A DNA stretch of 54,444 bases from an uncultured Pseudomonadota bacterium (GTDB taxonomy: Bacteria; Pseudomonadota; Alphaproteobacteria; Rs-D84; CASDRH01), in assembly GCA_949283075.1 (NCBI GenBank), contig CASDRH010000017.1, forward strand, positions 1 through 54,444, in the 5' to 3' direction. The notes under the pieces are model-generated. The model did not search any database. It was not told the DNA's origin and saw only the letters and a program-made list of their open reading frames with translations. Shown piece after piece: positions 39,051-48,926 of this stretch (position 1 is the stretch's first letter; each line of letters starts with the position of its first letter). The translations under genes were made by a program, and so were the position numbers.

Positions 39051-40097
39051 TTATATATCTGTATTTTGCTGAATATTTTGATTTTGCAATTCGTTTGATT
39101 TTTTATTGCTTTTAAACATACTGTTAGTTGAATTATCTGTAATCGTTTTAAGTTTATTATTCATATATCCGTAAGGTTTACATATTTCATTTGCATTTGC
39201 TAAATTTAAAGCTTTTGTAATAGCACTGCTTTCTTCTGATGATTTGAATCTTGTTTCAGGAAAACACTCCGATGTTGTTATTTTGCTCCAACCTTCTGGC
39301 ATAAATTTTAATGATTTATCAGTTGATGTTTTAATAATTCCTGAATTATTTAATATTATTGTTTCTTCCGTTGTATTACCAGAGCTTGAAGAAGATGTTG
39401 TTTGTAAATTTCCGTTTTCGTCTGTATATGAAGAATATGATTTTGATGAAAAAGAAAATGATGATGAGCCAAACATATTACCACTTATTATAAAGCTATT
39501 ATTTTTATTTGAGATGCTCATTTTACTTAAAAAATCATCTGTGCTAATCTCAGCTGATGATATTACTTCTGTTGTTGCGAAAACTCCACATAATCCGTCG
39601 TAATAAAAGCCTCCTGCATTTTCACAAGATTCTTTCATTAAATTTGAATAATTTTCTGATAGTTTTTTATTATATTCATCTGCAATATTGTTTGATAGTT
39701 TATCAATATTTATCTTTTCAGAATTATTACTTAATTTATCAGAAATACATATTTTCATTGTAGGGAAACATCTTAATAATCCCATTGAAAAATCACTTTC
39801 TTTTAATCCGTTTGATGCTGTTATACACTCACTATCAACGCTACAATATTTTTGCATACAAGAATTATAATCTTCTTTACAAGATAATATTGTTTCTTGT
39901 ATTTCTTTATTATTTACTAATTTAGCATTTAATTCAGATTGCAATTTTTGCATTTCTTGAAGCTTTTGATTCCTTAATTCTTCTGATGATACTTCCTGTG
40001 CAAATAATTGATTTATATTAGTTAATAATACAATTAAAATATATTTAATAATTTTTTTTGATAAAATCATTTTATTATTCCTAATCTTATTCTTCAT
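39051..40097 (-). CDS. Short member of the Cys-rich family (C-terminal half only)
   Basis: CKEDYNSCMQKYC…RCFPTMKICI…ESCENAGGFYYDGLCG…MPEGW…CKPYG aligns with the C-terminal halves of the neighbouring genes. Confidence 0.75.
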   Translation of the reverse strand: MKNKIRNNKMILSKKIIKYILIVLLTNINQLFAQEVSSEELRNQKLQEMQKLQSELNAKLVNNKEIQETILSCKEDYNSCMQKYCSVDSECITASNGLKESDFSMGLLRCFPTMKICISDKLSNNSEKINIDKLSNNIADEYNKKLSENYSNLMKESCENAGGFYYDGLCGVFATTEVISSAEISTDDFLSKMSISNKNNSFIISGNMFGSSSFSFSSKSYSSYTDENGNLQTTSSSSSGNTTEETIILNNSGIIKTSTDKSLKFMPEGWSKITTSECFPETRFKSSEESSAITKALNLANANEICKPYGYMNNKLKTITDNSTNSMFKSNKKSNELQNQNIQQNTDI

Positions 40098-40126
40098 TTA
40101 TTATACCATAAAAAAATTATAAATAA

Positions 40127-40155
40127 AATCCTGTATATTTTTGATATACAGGATT
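40127..40155 (-). terminator. Terminator after glyA
   Basis: Stem AATCCTGTATAT/ATATACAGGATT. Confidence 0.65.
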
Positions 40156-40178
40156 ATTTATCTTTTTGTTATATTTAT

Positions 40179-41474
40179 TTATTCATAAATAGGAAATTTT
40201 GAACACAACTCAACAACTTTTGACTTTACACTTTCTTTAATTTTTTGAATTGCACTTTCGTTTCCTTTGTTTTCTACATATCCTGTTATTGCTTCGTTTA
40301 TTAAATCTGCAATATATTCGAATTCTTTTTCTTTAAATCCTCTTGTTGTTCCAGCAGGAGAACCTAAACGTATTCCGCTTGTGATTTTTGGAGGATTTGG
40401 ATCGTTTGGAATTCCATTTTTATTACATGTTATTCCTGATTCTTCTAGCATTAAATCTGCTTCTGCTCCTGTAATTCCTTTTTTCCTTAAATCAACAAGA
40501 ATTAAATGTGTATCTGTTCCATTACTTACTAAATCAAATCCGTGAGATTTTAATCTTTCTCCCATTGCTATTGCATTTTTTTTGACTTGCAATGCATATT
40601 CTTTATATTCATCTGTTAAAGCTTCTCCGAAAGCGACTGCTTTTCCAGCTATAATATGTTCTAATGGGCCTCCTTGCGTTCCTGGGAATATTGCTTTATC
40701 AACTTTCTTTGCAATTTCTTCGTTATTTGTAAGAATTATTCCTCCACGAGGGCCTCTTAATGTTTTATGAGTTGTTGATGTTACAACATCTGCATATTGT
40801 AAAGGTGATTTACAAACTCCACCTGCAACTAATCCTGCGAAGTGTGCCATATCAACCATTAAATATGCTCCAACTGAATCTGCAATTTTTCTGAACTTTT
40901 CAAATTCTATTTCACGAGGATAAGCTGATCCTCCCGCAACTATTATTTTTGGATTATGTTCTTTTGCTAATTTTTCTACTTCCTCATAATTTATATATCC
41001 ATCTGGCGTTAATCCATATTGAACAGATTTAAACCATTTACCTGATATTGTTGGTTTTGCTCCGTGAGTTAAATGTCCACCTGCATCAAGGCTCATACCT
41101 AATATGGTATCTCCTGCTGTTGCTAGTGCGAAAAATACTGCTAAATTAGCATTTGCTCCACTGTGTGGTTGAACATTTGCAAATTTACAATTAAATAATT
41201 TTTTTACTCTTTCAATACATAGTGTTTCTATTTCGTCTATGTATTTACAACCTTGATAATATCTTGCGTTTGAATAACCTTCTGCGTATTTATTTGTTAA
41301 TATTGACCCCATAGCTTGTAATACTGCTTTTGATACAATATTTTCTGATGCGATTAATTCAATTTGATTTTGTTGTCTTGTCAGCTCTTTTTGTATTGAA
41401 GAATATATTTCTTTATCTTTATTTTCTAATTCTGTTGTGAAAAATTTTTCTTGTATTTGTGATTGATATACCAT
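40179..41474 (-). CDS. glyA: Serine hydroxymethyltransferase
   Basis: LIASEN, NKYAEGY, GGHLTHG and [12 protein letters not shown]. Confidence 0.98.
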   Translation of the reverse strand: MVYQSQIQEKFFTTELENKDKEIYSSIQKELTRQQNQIELIASENIVSKAVLQAMGSILTNKYAEGYSNARYYQGCKYIDEIETLCIERVKKLFNCKFANVQPHSGANANLAVFFALATAGDTILGMSLDAGGHLTHGAKPTISGKWFKSVQYGLTPDGYINYEEVEKLAKEHNPKIIVAGGSAYPREIEFEKFRKIADSVGAYLMVDMAHFAGLVAGGVCKSPLQYADVVTSTTHKTLRGPRGGIILTNNEEIAKKVDKAIFPGTQGGPLEHIIAGKAVAFGEALTDEYKEYALQVKKNAIAMGERLKSHGFDLVSNGTDTHLILVDLRKKGITGAEADLMLEESGITCNKNGIPNDPNPPKITSGIRLGSPAGTTRGFKEKEFEYIADLINEAITGYVENKGNESAIQKIKESVKSKVVELCSKFPIYE

Positions 41475-41549
41475 TTTATCCTCCTATCTGATAAAATTGT
41501 TGATTTGCTTTGATAGTATAAAATACAGATATAATTTACAAGATATTTT

Positions 41550-41918
41550 TTATTTATCTTTTTTAGTATTAGTATTTGATTGAGCTTCACTTAAATGCTT
41601 AAAATCACCTGCTATTGAAGCTCCTGTTGCGATTGATACATACTTATGATAGATATCTCCTTTTACTCTTGCTGTTTTATTAAATAAAACTGATGAAGCG
41701 TATATATCACCTTTTATCATACCGAATATATTTACTTTTTCTGCTGTAACTGTTCCGTTTATTACTCCATTTATTCCAATGGTCAATTCTTTGCATTCTA
41801 TATTACCATCGATTTCTCCATCAATTAAGATGTCGCCTGATGTTATAATATTTCCTTTGAATTTTGTATCTACGTTAATTATAGAATTTGAATATAATTT
41901 CTTTTTTATACCAAACAT
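41550..41918 (-). CDS. Bactofilin (polymer-forming cytoskeletal protein)
   Basis: FKGNI…IDGEIDGNI…IGINGVINGTVTAEKVNIFG…VKGDI beta-helix repeats; coupled to the upstream M23 gene by TAATG. Confidence 0.92.
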   Translation of the reverse strand: MFGIKKKLYSNSIINVDTKFKGNIITSGDILIDGEIDGNIECKELTIGINGVINGTVTAEKVNIFGMIKGDIYASSVLFNKTARVKGDIYHKYVSIATGASIAGDFKHLSEAQSNTNTKKDK

Positions 41919-43234
41919 TATTCACCTGCCTTAACAAAGCTATATGGATTTATTGCTCTTCCATTATATCTTACTTCATAATGTAAATGTGGCCCAGTAC
42001 TACGTCCTGTTGAACCTGCTAAACCAACTTTATCACCTGTATTTACAAAATCACCCTCTGAAACAAGTATTTTGCTTAAATGAGCATACAATGTTGTAAA
42101 TCCTAGTCCGTGTTCAACTTCTACCATTAGTCCATAATCTGGTAAATTTTTTGCTCTTATAACTTTTCCAGGAGCTGTTGCATATAATCCTGTGCCTATT
42201 TTACCTCTGAAATCTATTCCTTTATGAAATGCTGGGACTTTTAAGAATGGATCTTCTCTTTCCCCATAGCCTGATGTTATTGTTTTTGATTCTGTTAATG
42301 GATAACCAATTGGTAATATGCTATGAACTTTTGTTAATCCGTCCCACATATCTACTTGTTTATTTACTTCTGTATATCTTGCGTCTAATTCTGGGTCTGT
42401 TAGCTTTACTTTTTCTATAGGAATAAACGGACCTCCGAAACCTTCATCAATTTTCTTTGCTTTATTTAATAAAATCTTTTTGCTTATTAAGCCTATTTGA
42501 GAAAATGATCTATCTAATTTTGATAAAGTTTTTTCTATATCTCCTAATCCTGATTTTGCAAGTATTTCAACCTTATCTAACAACTTCATTTGAGCTTCTT
42601 TTACTTCAAGTGATAGCTTTATTAACTCTTCATTTGTCTTATTCATTTTCTTTCTTTCTTGCCAAGCAACGTCTCTTTGTAATTCTGCTCTTGTCATTTT
42701 ATAATACTGGTCATCTATATCTACTTTTCTTAAGCTTGTATTATTTATAAAATCTTCTAATTCCGCTGATATTAAAAGCATTTCTGCTGATGCTAATGAT
42801 TGTTCTTTTAAATATTTGTTTTTTTCTGTATCTGTTATTGATTTATTTTTTTCTAATAATGAAACTAATTTTCTATATTGTAATTCTCGTTTTTCATTTA
42901 CTTCTGATATTGCATCTTTGTAGGCACTTACCTGCCCCATTACTTTATTATACTTTTCTTTATATTCTGCTATTAATTTATCATCACTTCTTAAAGAATT
43001 AAAATTTGCAAAATAAGCATATGTTATGAATGCTGACCACAACAATACTCCAAATACCAAGGTTGTTATTATTAATCTTGCCGTAAAATTTACTTTGTAT
43101 TCTGATATGCAATTTTCTTTGCATATTAAAATAGTCTTTTCCGATGATAGTAATTTTAATATTTTTGAAAAAAATGATTGTTTTTTTATTTTATTTTTTA
43201 AAAACGTGTTGGGGTTTGAATTTTTTGAAAACAT
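41918..43234 (-). CDS. M23 metallopeptidase with TM helix and coiled coil (LmdC-like)
   Basis: HKGIDF, YAHLS and STGPHLHYE motifs; directly upstream of the bactofilin gene. Confidence 0.9.
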   Translation of the reverse strand: MFSKNSNPNTFLKNKIKKQSFFSKILKLLSSEKTILICKENCISEYKVNFTARLIITTLVFGVLLWSAFITYAYFANFNSLRSDDKLIAEYKEKYNKVMGQVSAYKDAISEVNEKRELQYRKLVSLLEKNKSITDTEKNKYLKEQSLASAEMLLISAELEDFINNTSLRKVDIDDQYYKMTRAELQRDVAWQERKKMNKTNEELIKLSLEVKEAQMKLLDKVEILAKSGLGDIEKTLSKLDRSFSQIGLISKKILLNKAKKIDEGFGGPFIPIEKVKLTDPELDARYTEVNKQVDMWDGLTKVHSILPIGYPLTESKTITSGYGEREDPFLKVPAFHKGIDFRGKIGTGLYATAPGKVIRAKNLPDYGLMVEVEHGLGFTTLYAHLSKILVSEGDFVNTGDKVGLAGSTGRSTGPHLHYEVRYNGRAINPYSFVKAGE

Positions 43235-43421
43235 TAATTTCTTATAATCCTCGCAATTTTAGTTTAATTTTACGGCCTTGATTATATCAATTATTATGTA
43301 TAAGTGCAAGAATTTTAATTTTTCTAATATTTTAGACAAAATATAATTTTCTGAAATATTTCACTTGACTTTATTAACAAATTTATTTATTTTGTCTATA
43401 ATTAAACTAAAGGAGTTTTAT

Positions 43422-44549
43422 ATGGCAATTAATAGAAAACATTTATCTATCTCTAATATAGGTATTTATTCAGCAATATTGAAATCTCTTGTAATGATTG
43501 GAATACTGCTTTTAGGAGTTTTGGTTTTTGGAAAAACACTTTCTAATTTAGGAGTTTTCAGTAATTTATTAAATTTAATCATAATTTGTGTTTTTTCTTT
43601 TGGTTTATTCCAAAATTTTAAAAATATTATTATTTTATTACCTGAAATTAAGTGGTTTAATTCTTTTGTTCAAAAAGATGAATTTGATAAACAACCTGTT
43701 ATATTATCTCCTGTTCGTAATATGATGAATGGTTATAGAAATGCAAAAAGTGGATATTTTACTTTGCACGCTATGAAATCAATATTAGAAATTATTGAAA
43801 GCCGTTTATCTGATTATAAAGAAAGCTCTAAATATATTGTTAATATTTTAACTTTTTTAGGTCTTTTAGGAACTTTCTGGGGATTATTGATAACTCTGGG
43901 TTCTATAAGCGGTATTATATCTAATTTAAAAATTACAGATTCTAATATGGTTGCTGTATTTAATGATTTGAAAAATTCTCTTGTTCATCCTATTGATGGT
44001 ATGGGTATGGCTTTTTCCTCTTCCTTTATAGGATTAGTTTGTGCTCTTGTTTTAGGTTTTGTTAATTTACAAGCTAGTCTTGCTATGAGCTATTTTTATA
44101 ATAAAGTTGAGGAAAATTTATCCGTTATTACTCGTGTCGTTGGTGATGGAGCTACTACAAGTGATAATATATCTTCTATATTACCTTATATACAAGCTTT
44201 GTTGGAACAGACTGCTGAACACCTTAACCAACTTCAAAGAACTGTTAAAAGAAATGAAGAAACTAATATGGATACAACTAATAGTTTAGCTTATATGGCA
44301 AAAGAAATAGCTATTACTGCTGACCAAGCTAAAAATAGATTGAAAATTATGGAAAAAATGACTCGTAGTAATGAGGCCTTATTACCAGTTCTTGAAAATC
44401 TTGTTAAGGTTTCTAAAAACGGTATTGGTATGGATAACAAAACAAAAGAACATATTAAAAATATTGATAGCGGTATTAAAGATATGAAAGATTCTTTATC
44501 AGAAGATATTCAAGTATTATCTAAAACTATTAAAATTATTAAAAATTAG
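43422..44549 (+). CDS. MotA/TolQ/ExbB-family membrane protein
   Basis: LTFLGLLGTFWGLL and GMGMAFSSSFIGL motifs; start at ATG 43422 behind AAGGAG. Confidence 0.85.
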   Translation: MAINRKHLSISNIGIYSAILKSLVMIGILLLGVLVFGKTLSNLGVFSNLLNLIIICVFSFGLFQNFKNIIILLPEIKWFNSFVQKDEFDKQPVILSPVRNMMNGYRNAKSGYFTLHAMKSILEIIESRLSDYKESSKYIVNILTFLGLLGTFWGLLITLGSISGIISNLKITDSNMVAVFNDLKNSLVHPIDGMGMAFSSSFIGLVCALVLGFVNLQASLAMSYFYNKVEENLSVITRVVGDGATTSDNISSILPYIQALLEQTAEHLNQLQRTVKRNEETNMDTTNSLAYMAKEIAITADQAKNRLKIMEKMTRSNEALLPVLENLVKVSKNGIGMDNKTKEHIKNIDSGIKDMKDSLSEDIQVLSKTIKIIKN

Positions 44550-44558
44550 TGTTGAATT

Positions 44559-45605
44559 ATGAGAAATAAACTATCTTTTTATAATAATAACTCTGAAAAT
44601 GTTTGGTCTGGGTTTGTTGATGTTTTAACAAATATACTTATCGTTTTTGTTTTTTTATTATTGATTTTTATGCTATCTCATTTTTTCCTTTTAACGCCTA
44701 GTAATAAAAATAATTCAGAGGCTGTTATTAAGTTAAATGACCAAGTTAATAAATTATCTAAAATTTTGATTTCTAAAAGTGAAGAATTAAACAAAATTCA
44801 GTTAGAAATAGATAATAAATCTAATCAAATAGAGTTATTAGATAAAAATCTTGATGTTGCTTTGAAAAAAGCTGAAATTGAAACAAATAAACAAATTGAA
44901 TTAAAAAATCAGATTAATAACCTTAATAATATGATTTATCAAATGGAAGGTGAAATTATAAGTAAAGAAAATCAAATAAAAGAACGTAAAATAAATGAAA
45001 AAAATTTGAAAAAATCTATTAATGATTTAAATAGAGAATTACAAAAATTAAATGATGTATTTGAAGCAACAGATAAATACATTAAATGGCAAAATGTTCA
45101 AATAGTTGAATTGGGTAAAAAATTAAATCGTTCGCTTGCTAATAAAGCTGCTGAATTATACAAAGTTCGCTCTAAATTCTTTGAAAAAATATCTGTTGTA
45201 TTAAAGGATGATAAAAACTTTAAATTAGAAGGTGATAGAATTGTTATTCAATCTGAATTATTCTTTAAAAGTGGTAGTTATGAAATAGAAAAAGAAGGTA
45301 AAACTAAATTAAATGAAGTTGCTGAATTGATTAAAAATTTAGAAAAAACTATTGACCCAGAAGTTGATTGGATTGTAAGAATTGATGGTCATACAGATAA
45401 TGTTCCTACTATTGGTGATACTTCAAATTGGGAGCTATCTTTAAAACGAGCTTTGGCTGTTTTACAATATCTTCAATCAAGAAATGTTGATAGTAAAAGA
45501 TTAGCTGCAACTGGCTTTGGAGAACATCAACCTATTGCTGATAACTCAACAGCAGAGGGCAGAAAACAAAACAGAAGAATTGAATTTAAATTAACTGAAA
45601 AATAA
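44559..45605 (+). CDS. MotB/OmpA-family peptidoglycan-binding protein
   Basis: WSGFVDVLT TM helix with the conserved Asp, a coiled coil, and RIDGHTD, NWELSLKRA and NRRIE. Confidence 0.88.
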   Translation: MRNKLSFYNNNSENVWSGFVDVLTNILIVFVFLLLIFMLSHFFLLTPSNKNNSEAVIKLNDQVNKLSKILISKSEELNKIQLEIDNKSNQIELLDKNLDVALKKAEIETNKQIELKNQINNLNNMIYQMEGEIISKENQIKERKINEKNLKKSINDLNRELQKLNDVFEATDKYIKWQNVQIVELGKKLNRSLANKAAELYKVRSKFFEKISVVLKDDKNFKLEGDRIVIQSELFFKSGSYEIEKEGKTKLNEVAELIKNLEKTIDPEVDWIVRIDGHTDNVPTIGDTSNWELSLKRALAVLQYLQSRNVDSKRLAATGFGEHQPIADNSTAEGRKQNRRIEFKLTEK

Positions 45606-46598
45606 TTCTATTTCTTTTATCATATCTTCTTTTGTTGATATTGTATTTACTTTTTTACGGAATTCTATTGCTCCGTAAATTGATTTTGAATACCAAGCTG
45701 CAAATTTTCTGAAAATAAAGACTGCATTTTTATCATTATAATAATCACATAAATATTTGAAATGCTGTAATGCTAATTTTCCTATTTCTTCTTTATTTAA
45801 TGCTTCTTTTTTTATTCCTGTTTTTAAATAATGTATTATTTGAGATATAAAAACAGGATTTCCTAACACTCCCCTGCCAATCATTACTCCATCAACTCCA
45901 GTTTCATCTATCATTACTTTTGCATCTTCTTCTGTTATTATATCTCCATTTCCTATTACTGGGATTTTTACAGCTTCTTTTATTTTCTTTATCTCTGGTA
46001 GTGAAACTTTACCTGTATACATCTGTGCTCTTGTTCTTCCGTGAACTGATATAAAACTTACTCCTTCTCCTTCTGCTATCTTTGCAATTTCTACTCCTGT
46101 CATTAATGTCTGATTCCATCCCGTCCTTATTTTTATACTTACTGGAATTTTATCACCGACTGCTTTTACTACTGCTTTTATTATGTCTTTTGCTCTTTCA
46201 GGTTCTTGTAATAAATCTGCTCCACCTTTTGATTTTACAATTTTATTTACAGGACAGCCCATATTGATATCTATTATATCTGCTCCTCTTTCTGCATTTA
46301 TTATTGCTGATTTTGACATTATTTCTGGATTGCTTCCGAAAATTTGAACAGATATAGGTTTTATATTATCCTCTATCTTATCAAACATTCTGGTTATTTT
46401 TATTTTTCCTATATCATCTTTTCCTATTTTATCCGCAAAGTGAGTTTGAGCATTTGATGCTATCATTTCCATTACTATTAACTCTGCTCCATTTTCTTTA
46501 TACAATTTGCAAAAAGGAATATCTGTTATTCCTGCCATTGGAGCAATTATTACAGGATTATTGATTGTTATATTTTTTAACTTTATTGGTTTTAACAT
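45591..46598 (-). CDS. dusB: tRNA-dihydrouridine synthase B
   Basis: APMAGITD, DINMGCP, VHGRTR, VIGNGDI and GVMIGRG. Confidence 0.93.
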   Translation of the reverse strand: MLKPIKLKNITINNPVIIAPMAGITDIPFCKLYKENGAELIVMEMIASNAQTHFADKIGKDDIGKIKITRMFDKIEDNIKPISVQIFGSNPEIMSKSAIINAERGADIIDINMGCPVNKIVKSKGGADLLQEPERAKDIIKAVVKAVGDKIPVSIKIRTGWNQTLMTGVEIAKIAEGEGVSFISVHGRTRAQMYTGKVSLPEIKKIKEAVKIPVIGNGDIITEEDAKVMIDETGVDGVMIGRGVLGNPVFISQIIHYLKTGIKKEALNKEEIGKLALQHFKYLCDYYNDKNAVFIFRKFAAWYSKSIYGAIEFRKKVNTISTKEDMIKEIELFFS

Positions 46599-46667
46599 TT
46601 ATTTATTCCATTCATTTGTTTTGTTTGGTATAATATATTTACTTTAATAAAAATCAAATAAAATAAA

Positions 46668-46985
46668 ATGGATAAAAATATAAATAACTCTGTTAATAAT
46701 AAAAAAGCTAATATATCTGCGATATTTATCGTTGTGTTATTGTGGATATGGACTGCTTCTACTTTTTATAGTTTGGTTTTTACTAAATACGGGTTATTTT
46801 CTTTTATTTCTTTGTTAAGGCAGAATATTAAAAGTGAAAAATTAATTCAAGATTTGGAAAATGAAAAATTTGCTCTTTATCACAGAATTAATTTGATAAA
46901 AAATAATGATATAGATTTGATTGAAGAATTATCTCAAAGAATTCTTAATAAGTCGTCTGAAAATTCAAAAGTCATCATTAGATAA
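46668..46985 (+). CDS. ftsB: Septum formation initiator (FtsB/DivIC family)
   Basis: Short TM helix, then YGL and a coiled coil ending DIDLIEELSQRIL. Confidence 0.65.
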   Translation: MDKNINNSVNNKKANISAIFIVVLLWIWTASTFYSLVFTKYGLFSFISLLRQNIKSEKLIQDLENEKFALYHRINLIKNNDIDLIEELSQRILNKSSENSKVIIR

Positions 46986-46990
46986 TTTAA

Positions 46991-47821
46991 TTAATTTATC
47001 TTTTCTTTTTTGAAAATCGATACATAAAATAGATATCCAGCAAAACATATTACTGGAAAGCTTAATAGTTGTCCCATTGTTAACCCTGATGATGTTAAAA
47101 ATCCTATTTGAGCATCTGGTTCTCTGAAATTTTCTAAAATAATTCTAAATACTGCATAGAAGAATAAAAATACTCCTGATAAAAATCCTGATTTCCATAT
47201 TTTATTCTTTGTTTTCTTATTATGCTTTATGAAAATATAAAGTGATACTTGCATTATAATAAAAAGAGTAAATCCTTCTAATGTTGCTTCGTAAAGTTGG
47301 CTTGGGTGTCTTAATTGATTATCTATATTTGTAAATATCATTCCATAGTTTGATAAACCTGTTGGACGGCCTACTAATTCTCCATTTAAAAAATTTGCTA
47401 TCCTTCCAAGGAAAATTCCAAGAGGTATTGAACAAACTATTATATCACTTAATGAAAATGTATTTATTTTCCTTTTATAAGTAAATATAAATATTGCTAT
47501 TATAAAACCTATTGTTCCGCCGTGAAATGACATTCCTCCATTCCATACGGCAAAAATTGAAAGCGGGTTTTGTAAATGATATTGTAAATTATAAAATAAA
47601 ACATATCCTATTCTTCCACCTAGAATAACCCCTAAAACTCCATATATAAAAAAGTCTTCTATATCTTTTATTGATATATTTTTTATATTTAATCTTTTTA
47701 TTAAATACATTGAGTAATAATAAGAAAATATGAAACCTATTATATATGCCAAAGAATACCATCTTATCGGTAATCCAAATATTGTTATAATAATTGGTGT
47801 TGGTGAATGTGTAAATATCAT
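46991..47821 (-). CDS. lgt: Prolipoprotein diacylglyceryl transferase
   Basis: IRWYSLAY, GGRIGYV, GGMSFHGG, GRIANFLNGEL, RHPSQLYE and ENFREPD. Confidence 0.96.
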   Translation of the reverse strand: MIFTHSPTPIIITIFGLPIRWYSLAYIIGFIFSYYYSMYLIKRLNIKNISIKDIEDFFIYGVLGVILGGRIGYVLFYNLQYHLQNPLSIFAVWNGGMSFHGGTIGFIIAIFIFTYKRKINTFSLSDIIVCSIPLGIFLGRIANFLNGELVGRPTGLSNYGMIFTNIDNQLRHPSQLYEATLEGFTLFIIMQVSLYIFIKHNKKTKNKIWKSGFLSGVFLFFYAVFRIILENFREPDAQIGFLTSSGLTMGQLLSFPVICFAGYLFYVSIFKKEKIN

Positions 47822-47879
47822 ATTTATTCCTTAATTTAATAAATAATATATCTTTATTAAAAAAAATGAAAGAAAAAAT

Positions 47880-47906
47880 AAACCCTATCTTCAATAGATA
47901 GGGTTT
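47880..47906 (-). terminator. Terminator after the DsbA-like gene
   Basis: Stem AAACCCTATCT/AGATAGGGTTT. Confidence 0.7.
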
Positions 47907-47926
47907 GAATTTTTTAAGCAAAATTA

Positions 47927-48778
47927 TTATTTACTTTCATCAACAGCAGCGTTAAATGCATCAGCTGATTGGAATGCACCTGGGTGCAATTTTTTTCCAA
48001 TAATGAAGTTTGGTGTTGAATTTATTTGTAAGCTTTGTGCTAAATCAGCTGTTCTTTTTAATTCATCTTCAACTTCTTTTGATTCAAGATCTTTTTTGAA
48101 TTTTTCTACATCTAATTTAGCTTTTGCTGCCATTTCAAATAATTTAGCTTTTACTAAATCTTCTGCATCTTTTATGCTTTTTACTTTTGATAAATCAACA
48201 TCTTGGATTTTGTCGTTCATCATTACATAGTATAAAGCTTCTCCTTTACCATTACCTTGCATTTGTGCTGCAACTACTGCACTTGCTGTTAATTTTGATA
48301 ATGGGTGCATGAATGTTAATGGTTTTAATACTAATTTAACATCATTGCGGTTCTTTAATGCTTCAGCAACTACTTTACTTACGTTACGACAATGTCCGCA
48401 ATAGAAATCCATAAATTCGTAAACTACGATTTCACCTTCTGGATTACCTAAAATTACAGCGTGTTTGTAATTGTCTTCATTTTTGTGCAATTCATCAAAA
48501 GCTTTTGCCATTTGCTTTTCTTGTCTTGCTGTCATTCCTGTTTGTAAAGCTTCAATTGAATCTTGTAATACTTTATCATCTTGAACCATTACTGTTCTTA
48601 CCATAAATGCAGAAATTAATGCAATTGATACAAATAATGCCAATGATGGAATTACTACTTCGTAAACAATTTTTTTGCTTTTTGTTTTTGGAGCTTTATG
48701 TGGCAAAATATGCATATAGTATTTATATCCTACCAATGAAGCCAAACCTAATAATAATAAAATTAAATACATTATCAT
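47927..48778 (-). CDS. DsbA/Com1-like thiol-disulfide oxidoreductase, membrane anchored
   Basis: GNPEG…EFMDFYCGHC and cis-Pro STPNF; start more likely at 48778 behind AAGGAG. Confidence 0.88.
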   Translation of the reverse strand: MIMYLILLLLGLASLVGYKYYMHILPHKAPKTKSKKIVYEVVIPSLALFVSIALISAFMVRTVMVQDDKVLQDSIEALQTGMTARQEKQMAKAFDELHKNEDNYKHAVILGNPEGEIVVYEFMDFYCGHCRNVSKVVAEALKNRNDVKLVLKPLTFMHPLSKLTASAVVAAQMQGNGKGEALYYVMMNDKIQDVDLSKVKSIKDAEDLVKAKLFEMAAKAKLDVEKFKKDLESKEVEDELKRTADLAQSLQINSTPNFIIGKKLHPGAFQSADAFNAAVDESK

Positions 48779-48926
48779 TTGTTTTTCTCCTTCTGTTTTT
48801 TGTTTATATATTGGGTTTTGAATAATGAATATTCTTTTAACCTTTGTGTGGAGTATAAATGGATTCAATGCAAAAGACAAGAATTTTATTATATTGAAAT
48901 ATAAGATTATAATCCGATAATTTTTT

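Noticed and set aside
41550-43234. Bactofilin plus M23 peptidase as a novel system
   Set aside because: This gene pair is a known cell-shape module in alphaproteobacteria.
43422-45605. MotA/MotB-like pair as a Zorya (ZorAB) defence system
   Set aside because: No zorC/D/E or other defence genes are adjacent, and the pair sits among housekeeping genes. It resembles the ordinary alphaproteobacterial MotA-like/peptidoglycan-binding gene pair.
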